The position numbers and the translations under genes were made by a program. Below, one piece after another: positions 33,217 through 40,752 of a stretch of 64,000 nucleotides of DNA (the stretch's first letter is position 1; each line of letters opens with the position of its first letter). This stretch comes from a virus: positions 1 through 64,000 of IMG/VR virus record IMGVR_UViG_3300016484_000310. One strand, given 5' to 3'. The notes beneath the pieces are model-generated. The model did not search any database and was not told where the DNA came from. It worked only from the letters and a program-made list of their open reading frames with translations.

Positions 33217-33223
33217 GGGATCC

Positions 33224-33730
33224 ATGAAAGATCTGAAGCAATACGTCGGTTCCAAGCTGATCACAGCCAAGCCGATGAATCGGGCTGACTACAATGCCCT
33301 GAGAGGCTGGGAGCTGCCCGCTGACGAGGATGGCACTGATGAGGGCTATCTGGTCCAGTATGAACCCAGTGAGGCTTCTCCGCCCAATCTGGAGGGCTTT
33401 CCGGGCTATGTGAGCTGGTCTCCCAAGGCTGTCTTCGAAGAAGCCTATTTCGAGATCAAGGCTGGACTTCCGTTCAGTTTGGTTCTGGATCAAGTCAAGA
33501 ACCATGGTGCTCGTGCTGCTCGCAAGGGCTGGAATGGGAAGAACATGTTCATCTTCCTCGTTCCGGGTTCTGAGTTCGAGGTCAATCGTGAACCTCTACT
33601 CTCGATCCTCGGTGAGGGAACCAAGGTGAAATACCATGGCCACATCGACATGAAGACTGCTGATGGCATGATCGTGCCTTGGCTGGCTTCTCAGACTGAC
33701 ATTCTTGCTGATGATTGGATCTTTGTCTGA
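33224..33730 (+). CDS. DUF2829 (Tad2-like) domain protein inserted inside the DNA polymerase gene
   Basis: Own SD GAGGGA. The C-terminal half, ARKGWNGKNMFIFLV...MIVPWLASQTDILADDWIFV, matches my recollection of the DUF2829 signature (R-K-G-W-N-G ... P-W ... D-x-L-A-x-D-W). The N-terminal ~80 aa form a separate small domain. Confidence 0.6.
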   Translation: MKDLKQYVGSKLITAKPMNRADYNALRGWELPADEDGTDEGYLVQYEPSEASPPNLEGFPGYVSWSPKAVFEEAYFEIKAGLPFSLVLDQVKNHGARAARKGWNGKNMFIFLVPGSEFEVNREPLLSILGEGTKVKYHGHIDMKTADGMIVPWLASQTDILADDWIFV

Positions 33731-33942
33731 TGTCACAAGAGGGATCAATCCGCAGACTGAAGAACCCGGACATGTATGCTGTCCGAACTGCTGATCCCAA
33801 AGTCACCATGCTGCTCAAGGGGGATTCCCTCCTTGAGTGGCCTGTGGGCAGTGGGAAAGGTGTGAGAGTCTCACGACTCTTCCAGAACCAAGAGAAGGAG
33901 CGTCATGCAAAGAATAGCCCAACCCCTAACGGAGCTGCATGA
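33730..33942 (+). CDS. possible 70-aa ORF coupled to the DUF2829 gene
   Basis: TGATG overlap at 33728-33732. It overlaps the start of the downstream polymerase piece by 38 nt. Weak support. Confidence 0.3.
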   Translation: MSQEGSIRRLKNPDMYAVRTADPKVTMLLKGDSLLEWPVGSGKGVRVSRLFQNQEKERHAKNSPTPNGAA

Positions 33943-34660
33943 AGTTTCCCCATCTGAGCATGATGTCGCCCGTATCAACAGCATCAAGGTGAGCTATCCT
34001 GCTTTCCGTCAGGACTCCAAGTCTCCAACCTTTGCTCTGACTTATCAGGGAACTTACATCACTCTGATGGCCAACTGTGGCTTTGCCAAAGAACTGGCTC
34101 AGACTGTGGAAGCTCGTTACCATGAGCTTTACGTTGTGTCTGACAAATGGGTTCAAGACAGACTCGACCAAGCTTGCAAGGATGGTTATGTCACTCTTGC
34201 TTTTGGTCTGAGGCTCAGAACTCCTCTTCTGAAACAGGTCGTCTTGGGAACCAGTGCTACGCCTTTCGAGGCTGCTGCTGAAGGCAGAACTGCTGGTAAT
34301 GCCCTTGGTCAAAGCTGGTGCATGTTGAACTCTCGTGCTGTCTCTGGCTTTATGAAAAAGGTCAGACAGAGCAAACACAGACTCGACATCAAGCCCTGTT
34401 CTCAGATACACGATGCGTCCTACTATCTCATCCGCGATGACATGGAGACGCTTCTCTACACCAACACTAACCTCTCCAAAGAGGTTAGCTGGCAGGAAGA
34501 CCCCCTGATCCAGAACGAACACATCAAGATGAGTGGCAGCTTGGCGATCTTCTATCCGAACTGGTCCAAGAGCTTCGACATCCCCAATGATGCTGATGAA
34601 GCCAAGGTTAAGTCCTTGATCAAGAAGCATTTGGTAAAACTTGAAGGAGAAACCAAGTGA
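33905..34660 (+). CDS. family-A DNA polymerase, C-terminal piece (motifs B and C)
   Basis: SD AAGGAG 4 nt (CGTC) before ATG 33905. The frame is closed upstream by TGA 33863-33865. Motif B RQDSKSPTFALTYQG (about 34007-34051). Motif C QIHDA (about 34403-34417). Confidence 0.8.
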   Translation: MQRIAQPLTELHEVSPSEHDVARINSIKVSYPAFRQDSKSPTFALTYQGTYITLMANCGFAKELAQTVEARYHELYVVSDKWVQDRLDQACKDGYVTLAFGLRLRTPLLKQVVLGTSATPFEAAAEGRTAGNALGQSWCMLNSRAVSGFMKKVRQSKHRLDIKPCSQIHDASYYLIRDDMETLLYTNTNLSKEVSWQEDPLIQNEHIKMSGSLAIFYPNWSKSFDIPNDADEAKVKSLIKKHLVKLEGETK

Positions 34661-35658
34661 AGATTACCAACCAGATGGGCATTGATCTGCCCTTGGCTGT
34701 CTGGCTCTTGCAAGAGGGCTACAAGTCTGGAGCTGAGAATGCTCCTCCCGGTGAGCTGCTTTCAGTCACCACTCTGATGAAACCGACTCGTCAGCTCATC
34801 CTGCAACGCAAGGTGGACTTCACCAAGGAAACCATGGATGTCAGCGAGATGGTCTCATCTCGTATGGGTCACAGCCTTCATGATGCCATTGAACGGGCAT
34901 GGACTGAAGGTGACTGGCAAGGAGCCATGAAGAAGCTCCACTATCCTCAGTCGATCATCGACAGGATCAGGATCAATCCTCCCATGGACAAGCCTATGGA
35001 AGATAGGATCATTCCTATCTATCTGGAGCAACGTGGGTTCAAGCCTTTCGAAGACATCATTCTGACTGGTCAGCTCGATTTTCTGATTGGCTCGTCTTAT
35101 CGGGACTTCAAATCGACTTCGACCTATTCTTGGACTTCTGGTTCCAAGGATGAAGACTATGCTCTTCAAGGTTCTCTCTACCGTTTCATCTTCCCTGAGC
35201 TGATCAAGGATGATGTGATGAGGATCGAGTTCATCTTTACTGACTGGGCTTCTTACAGAGCCAAGACAGACAAGAACTATCCTCAAGCTCGTGTGGCTCA
35301 CAAAGAGTTCAAACTCATGAGCCTGAAAGAAACTGAGATCTGGCTGTCTTCCAAGCTGGCTGAGATCCGCAAGAATGCCAAACTGCCTCAGTCGAAGATG
35401 ATTGAATGCACAGACAAACAGCTCTGGAGAGCTGATGATGTGTTCAAGTATTACTCGAACCCTGAGACAGCCAAGTCTGGTGGTCGTTGCACCAAACACT
35501 TTGACAAGGAAAGCGAAGCCGTTCTCTATCAACAAGAGAAGGGCAAAGGTGTGGTGATCAAGGAAGCCGGAGAACCCAAAGCCTGCATGTATTGCAACGC
35601 ATTCCAAGTCTGTGAGCAGCGTAAGCGATACTTCAACGACGACGGTTCTTCTCGATAA
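34657..35658 (+). CDS. putative PD-(D/E)XK-type exonuclease with C-terminal Cys cluster
   Basis: SD GAAGGAGA before GTG 34657. GQLDFLIG...RDFKST resembles a D...(D/E)xK core. Also contains CMYCNAFQVC. Confidence 0.5.
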   Translation: MKITNQMGIDLPLAVWLLQEGYKSGAENAPPGELLSVTTLMKPTRQLILQRKVDFTKETMDVSEMVSSRMGHSLHDAIERAWTEGDWQGAMKKLHYPQSIIDRIRINPPMDKPMEDRIIPIYLEQRGFKPFEDIILTGQLDFLIGSSYRDFKSTSTYSWTSGSKDEDYALQGSLYRFIFPELIKDDVMRIEFIFTDWASYRAKTDKNYPQARVAHKEFKLMSLKETEIWLSSKLAEIRKNAKLPQSKMIECTDKQLWRADDVFKYYSNPETAKSGGRCTKHFDKESEAVLYQQEKGKGVVIKEAGEPKACMYCNAFQVCEQRKRYFNDDGSSR

Positions 35659-35683
35659 ACCATCTGAACAAGGAACCACTCCC

Positions 35684-37849
35684 ATGACTTCCAGAATTTT
35701 TGATCTGGAAGTGCTGAAAAGCACTCCCCATCACATTGCCATGAGTGAGATCGTTGATCTCCTCTGCCATCGAACAGGCAACGTCAACCGTGACTTCTTT
35801 CAGGCTGAAGTTGCCTACTTCCTTGGACTGATCCCCAGTGCAATGCGAGTGACTATCGAGAGTGCTGAACGGGGCAAGATCCCGGTCAACATCTATTCGA
35901 TTGCCTTGGCCACTTCTGGCTTTGGCAAGGGTCACTCTGTCTCTCTAATGGAAGACATCATCTCTGACTTCCGGGAAAACTTCGTTCAGAAGGTCTTCCC
36001 CTTCATCGCTGAAAAGTCGATCTACGATCTGGCTACCGAGATCGCTGCTGCGAAATCTGGTGATCAGGCTGCTGAACAAGCTCTGCTGGAAGCCGACTTC
36101 AAGCGTCAGGGACATGCTCCTTTCATCTTTGACTCAGGCACTGGGCCTGCTGTCAAACAGCTTCGCTACAAGCTTCTTCTTGCTCGTGCTGGTTCGATCA
36201 ACTTCCAAATGGATGAGATCGGATCCAACCTCACGGGTCAGACTGAAATCATCAACATGCTTCTTGAGCTGTATGACCTTGGTCGCATCAAGACGAAGCT
36301 TGTTAAGAACACAGCAGACAATGAGCGGGGTATCGACCTTCATGGTTCAACTCCTGCCAACATGCTGATGTTTGGCACCACTTCCAAGCTCTTCGACGGA
36401 GCCAAGACTGAGGAAGACTTCTACAGCTTCCTTGAGATTGGCTACGCTCGTCGGTGTTTCTTCGGTCTGGGAAAGCCTGAGATCTACAACGCTTCTGTCA
36501 ATCCAGAAGATGTCTACAATGGTCTCGTCTCCAAGAACCGTTCTCAGAACCTTGTGAAGTGGAAAGGCATCCTCAAGAACTTCGCTGATCCAGCTCACTA
36601 TGGGACCAAGCTTCAGGTTCCTCGTGAAGTTGGTGTGAAGCTGGTTGCCTATCGTCTTCTGTGTGAAAGCCTTGCCAATGGTATGGCTGAGCATGAAGTC
36701 ATTCGCAAAGCTGAGATGAGCCATCGCTACTTCAAGGCTCTGAAGCTGGCTGGTGTCTATGCCTATCTCGATGGCTCCAAGGACATCACTATGGCCAACC
36801 TGATGCAGGGCATCAAAGTGGCTGAAGAGTCAGGTGTGAGCTTCCAGCAGCTCCTGAAGCGTGAGCGTAACTTCGTCCGTCTGGCCAAGTATATCGCTGC
36901 TTCTCCGGGTGAACTCACCCATGCTGATCTGGTCGAAGATCTTCCCTATTACCCGACTTCCACTGGTCCCCGTAAGGAGATCATGGATCTGGCAATGGCA
37001 TGGGGTGTGGGCAATCATGTGGTCATCAAGAAGACAGTGGTCTCTGGAGTTGAATTCTTCTCTGGCTCTACCCTGCAAGAGACAGATCTTCAGAAGATCA
37101 TGTTCAGCTACTCGGACCACTTCGCTCAGAACTATGTCTCTTACCAGAAGCCTTTCGACAAGCTTCCACAGCTTCTGGGAGCCAAAGATCTCCACTGGTG
37201 CAACCATGGCTTTGACAAAGAGCACAGAGCCGAAGAGAATGCTCTGGAAGGCTTCAATCTCCTTGTGGTGGACGTGGATGGCTCAATCTCGTTAAATGCC
37301 GTCCATGAGCTGATGAAGGACTATACGTTCATCACCAGCACCACCAAGAGACACACTGACAAGGCGAACCGTTTCCGGTTGATCATGCCTACCAACTATG
37401 TCCTCAATCTGGACAAGGTTGACTACCGGGAGTTCATGAACAGCTTCCTTTTGTGGCTCCCCTTCGAGTCGGATACCTCTGCAAACCAGAGATCCAAGAA
37501 GTGGATGACCAACGAAGGATCTACGATCAAGCTGCATCGTGGACCCAATCTGGTCAACGTTCTTCCCTTCATTCCGAAGACGAAACAGAATACCGAGTAT
37601 CGCACTTCGATTGTCGATCTGGGTCGTCTGAACCATCTGGAACGCTGGTTCCTGAACAACATGGATGAAGGCAACCGGAACAACAATCTGGCCAAGTTTG
37701 GTCTGATGCTTCTGGATGCTGGGATGAGCTATGACGAGATCACCCACAAGATCTACACCCTGAACGATCAATGCACCTCACCCTTGAAGAAGGATGAGAT
37801 CCAACAGACCGTTCTCAAATCCATCGCTTCGAAGATGTCGAAGAAGTAA
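35684..37849 (+). CDS. putative DNA primase / replication protein
   Basis: ATG 35684 lies after the previous stop. GFGKGHS is P-loop-like. The C-terminal LLVVDVDG...FRLIMPT resembles a primase-polymerase core. The position matches the N4 primase region. Confidence 0.55.
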   Translation: MTSRIFDLEVLKSTPHHIAMSEIVDLLCHRTGNVNRDFFQAEVAYFLGLIPSAMRVTIESAERGKIPVNIYSIALATSGFGKGHSVSLMEDIISDFRENFVQKVFPFIAEKSIYDLATEIAAAKSGDQAAEQALLEADFKRQGHAPFIFDSGTGPAVKQLRYKLLLARAGSINFQMDEIGSNLTGQTEIINMLLELYDLGRIKTKLVKNTADNERGIDLHGSTPANMLMFGTTSKLFDGAKTEEDFYSFLEIGYARRCFFGLGKPEIYNASVNPEDVYNGLVSKNRSQNLVKWKGILKNFADPAHYGTKLQVPREVGVKLVAYRLLCESLANGMAEHEVIRKAEMSHRYFKALKLAGVYAYLDGSKDITMANLMQGIKVAEESGVSFQQLLKRERNFVRLAKYIAASPGELTHADLVEDLPYYPTSTGPRKEIMDLAMAWGVGNHVVIKKTVVSGVEFFSGSTLQETDLQKIMFSYSDHFAQNYVSYQKPFDKLPQLLGAKDLHWCNHGFDKEHRAEENALEGFNLLVVDVDGSISLNAVHELMKDYTFITSTTKRHTDKANRFRLIMPTNYVLNLDKVDYREFMNSFLLWLPFESDTSANQRSKKWMTNEGSTIKLHRGPNLVNVLPFIPKTKQNTEYRTSIVDLGRLNHLERWFLNNMDEGNRNNNLAKFGLMLLDAGMSYDEITHKIYTLNDQCTSPLKKDEIQQTVLKSIASKMSKK

Positions 37850-37857
37850 GGAGTCCC

Positions 37858-38586
37858 ATGGACAGTGAACACCCGAAAAGCCTCTTGATTGCAGGTGAGT
37901 CAGGAGCAGGCAAGTCCTTCTCTCTCGCTAATCTGCGTGGTCAAGAGGGTGTGCTCTACATCAACTGTGAGGGTGGTAAACCCTTGCCGTTCAAGAACAA
38001 GTTCAAGCGAGTGACAGTCGATGATCCTTTGGAGATCTTTGATCTCTATCAAGCCATCATCGACAACCCCGGCAAGCGTTTCCATACTGTCGTGATCGAC
38101 ACTGTGTCGTTCATGATGGAACGCTATGAGGCAGTTCATGTGAATGGTTCTGCCAACACCATGAAAGCATGGGGTGACTATGGTCAGTTCTTCAAGACAC
38201 TGATGTATGACTATGTGGCAAAAGCCGATGTCTACTCAGTGATGCTGGGCCACCTTGATGGTGAGCTTCAGGAAGAAACGAACCAGATGAAATACAGTGT
38301 TCCCGTCAAGGGTGCTCTGAAAAAGAACGGTCTGGAGGCATACTTCACGACTGTCGTCGTCTGCAAGAAAGTGAAGATCAAGGATCTCAGACCCAACAAG
38401 CTCCTGACAATCAGCGAGCGTGATGAGGAGATCGGCTTCAAGCACGTCTTCCAGACTCGAACCACGAAACAGACTGTGGGTGATCGGATACGTTCTCCCT
38501 TCGGTCTGTTCAATGACGACGAGCTTTACATCAACAACGATGCACAGATCGTCATCGACCAACTGAAGGAGTTCTATGCTGAATAA
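37858..38586 (+). CDS. RecA-fold ATPase (AAA_24 / Sak4-like)
   Basis: SD AAGGAG. Walker A LIAGESGAGKSFS. Walker B TVVIDTVS. Confidence 0.6.
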   Translation: MDSEHPKSLLIAGESGAGKSFSLANLRGQEGVLYINCEGGKPLPFKNKFKRVTVDDPLEIFDLYQAIIDNPGKRFHTVVIDTVSFMMERYEAVHVNGSANTMKAWGDYGQFFKTLMYDYVAKADVYSVMLGHLDGELQEETNQMKYSVPVKGALKKNGLEAYFTTVVVCKKVKIKDLRPNKLLTISERDEEIGFKHVFQTRTTKQTVGDRIRSPFGLFNDDELYINNDAQIVIDQLKEFYAE

Positions 38587-38627
38587 GCATAGACCCTTCG
38601 CAACCTGAGAAGAAGGAACGAGAACAC

Positions 38628-39443
38628 ATGTCAAACGTGTTTGCAGGCAAGAAGATTGCCAAAGATACCATCGACGAGGATTATGTCCCCTCTGGTGGTG
38701 TGTTCGACTCGGACATCTATATGGCCAAGATCAAGACGGCCTACATCGGCAAAGCCCAAGCTTCTGAAGCTCGGAACGTCACTCTCCTGCTGGACATCAA
38801 TGGCCGTGAGCTTCGCTCTCAGGTCTGGGTCTCCAACAAGAATGGTGATGTGACCTACACCGACAAGAAGACCAAAGAGGTCAAGAACCTTCCGGGCTAC
38901 AACCAGATGAACGGTCTGGCTCTGCTGGTGGCTGGCAAAAATCTCGGAGACCTCGCCACTGAAGATCTGGTGGTGAAGATCTATGACTTCGATGCCAAGA
39001 AGGAACTGCCTCAGTCAGTGACCTGTTTCACCGAACTCCACGGTGAGATGGTCCAAGTCGCTGTCCAGCGTCAGACTGTGGACAAGACCAAAAAGAACGA
39101 CAACACCGGGGAATACGAACCCACTGGTGAGACTCGTGACCAAAACGAGATCGTCAAGTTCTTCGCTGGTGACAAGCGTGTGACCATTTCTGAAGTGGCC
39201 GAGTTCATCAAGGGTCTGGGCGAAAGCTTCGATGATGTGGTGGACGGTGGTCATCTCCTGAAGGCGATTCGCAAGATCCCGGAAGAGAATGGTCTCTATG
39301 CCGAGAAGTGGCTGGAACGGAACAAGGGTGAAACCTACGACAAGTCCACTGGTAAGAAAGCTGCTGGCAAGTCGTTCACGTCCCAAGCTGAGAGTGGTTC
39401 GAACGAAGGGAAGAAGAAAGCCTCTTCCCTGTTCGACGACTGA
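38628..39443 (+). CDS. putative N4 gp45-like single-stranded DNA-binding protein
   Basis: 271 aa. Lys-rich region followed by an acidic C-terminal tip, SSLFDD. The position matches the N4 SSB. Confidence 0.5.
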   Translation: MSNVFAGKKIAKDTIDEDYVPSGGVFDSDIYMAKIKTAYIGKAQASEARNVTLLLDINGRELRSQVWVSNKNGDVTYTDKKTKEVKNLPGYNQMNGLALLVAGKNLGDLATEDLVVKIYDFDAKKELPQSVTCFTELHGEMVQVAVQRQTVDKTKKNDNTGEYEPTGETRDQNEIVKFFAGDKRVTISEVAEFIKGLGESFDDVVDGGHLLKAIRKIPEENGLYAEKWLERNKGETYDKSTGKKAAGKSFTSQAESGSNEGKKKASSLFDD

Positions 39444-39444
39444 G

Positions 39445-39461
39445 GGCTACATCCTGTAGCC
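39445..39461 (+). promoter_or_regulatory. 7-bp stem, 3-nt loop hairpin
   Basis: GGCTACA-TCC-TGTAGCC immediately after the stop at 39443. Confidence 0.4.
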
Positions 39462-39482
39462 TGATTCGGACGGAGACTGCGA

Positions 39483-40502
39483 ATGACTGATGGTAGGGTT
39501 TTCCAACTCAAGCTTCCCATGAGGATGAAAGTCAACAAGGGAGGTGATGAGGAAAGCCTCAACCTGAATGTCTATCGCAATCTCCATTTCTACAAGCTGA
39601 ACCATCAGAAGAAAGCCTTTCATGACTTTGTGAAACCTCTTCTTCGTGGTCTTCCATCTATGGAAGCAATCAGTCTTCACTATGAGATCAACCCCAAAGG
39701 TGGTTCACGACTCGACACGATGAATGTCGGTTCCATTGTGGACAAGTTTTTCTCTGATGCTCTGGTGCTCAACCAGATCATCCCCGATGACGACTACAAG
39801 CATGTAGTTGGGATCTCTTTCTCTTTTGGATCTCTGTGTCCAAACGATCCCCATGTGCTTGTGACAATCACTGAAACTCAACCAAGGAAAGAAACGCCAA
39901 TGCGTATCCTGTTGGATCAAAACGAAATCCAGCAAGCCCTTGAAGCCTTCGTTGCTACGATGGGTCTTCCCGGTGCTTCTGGTGTCGAGCTGACTGTGAA
40001 CGGAGACGAAATCCAAGCTGAGATCATCATGGATGGTGTCATCTCTGGTGCTGTCACCGTTCCGGCTTCGACGAATACTCCGACCTCCGACCAACCCGTC
40101 AAACGTCGTGGTGGCCGTGTCCTTGGTTCCAAGAACAAACCCAAGGTGGTGATCCCGAATGTGGCAGCAAATCCTGAAACTGGCGATGATCTCTCTGGCT
40201 CAGGAGATGCTGAAGGAGGAGAAGAAGAAGATCTTTCTTCCGAAACCGAAGGTGACACTGAGTCCCAAGGCTCAGGAGTCGATCAACTCGGGGAAAGCAG
40301 CAACGACAGCGATGAAAAGGCTGACGGGGCTGGATCCGAAGAACCGAAGACTCGGGGTGGTTCCAACCGGGGAAACCTTTTCGGGGACTCGGACAGCGAA
40401 TCCTCCGAGGATACTGACCCCGACGACGAGGGTTCTGGTTCCAAGACCGAAGCGCCCGTGACCACTGGTCGCAAGCGTCCTTCGATCTTTGATGCGGACT
40501 GA
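39483..40502 (+). CDS. RusA-like Holliday-junction resolvase domain with a long acidic low-complexity tail
   Basis: The N-terminal ~130 aa contain LDTMNVGSIVDKFFSDALVLNQIIPDDDYKHV (RusA-like D..N...K..D...DD pattern). The C-terminal ~150 aa are rich in D/E/S/G. Confidence 0.5.
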   Translation: MTDGRVFQLKLPMRMKVNKGGDEESLNLNVYRNLHFYKLNHQKKAFHDFVKPLLRGLPSMEAISLHYEINPKGGSRLDTMNVGSIVDKFFSDALVLNQIIPDDDYKHVVGISFSFGSLCPNDPHVLVTITETQPRKETPMRILLDQNEIQQALEAFVATMGLPGASGVELTVNGDEIQAEIIMDGVISGAVTVPASTNTPTSDQPVKRRGGRVLGSKNKPKVVIPNVAANPETGDDLSGSGDAEGGEEEDLSSETEGDTESQGSGVDQLGESSNDSDEKADGAGSEEPKTRGGSNRGNLFGDSDSESSEDTDPDDEGSGSKTEAPVTTGRKRPSIFDAD

Positions 40503-40507
40503 GGATC

Positions 40508-40705
40508 ATGTTCACACGCATGATCCTTGCAGCAACAGGCTTCAGCCTGATTGCAGGAATTCTGACTATCGCCATCTTCGTAGCAGGCGCGATCCTTGGG
40601 ATCGTTCTGTCAGTGCTGGCTCCAATCGGACTGCTTTTCACGGGAGTGGGTCTGATCTGGTTCTTGGTCACAGATTTCTCCAAAGAGAAGCCTGAACCGA
40701 AGTAA
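40508..40705 (+). CDS. small two-pass membrane protein
   Basis: SD GAGGA. 65 aa, almost entirely hydrophobic. Confidence 0.55.
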   Translation: MFTRMILAATGFSLIAGILTIAIFVAGAILGIVLSVLAPIGLLFTGVGLIWFLVTDFSKEKPEPK

Positions 40706-40720
40706 TGACGTGTCAGAGTA

Positions 40721-40752
40721 GGGAGTGGGGAAACCCACTCCCTTTCCTTTTT
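40721..40752. terminator. hairpin terminator at the convergence point of the + and - modules
   Basis: GGGAGTGGG-GAAA-CCCACTCCC followed by TTTCCTTTTT on the + strand. It lies just downstream of the - strand vRNAP stop as well. Confidence 0.8.

Noticed and set aside
33090-33950. Intein or split intein at the DNA polymerase break (the N-piece extension begins with Cys: TCPPTAT...)
   Set aside because: The two extensions total only about 60 aa, far below intein size. No Hint blocks or terminal HN were seen. Stop codons and an independent SD/ATG separate the pieces.
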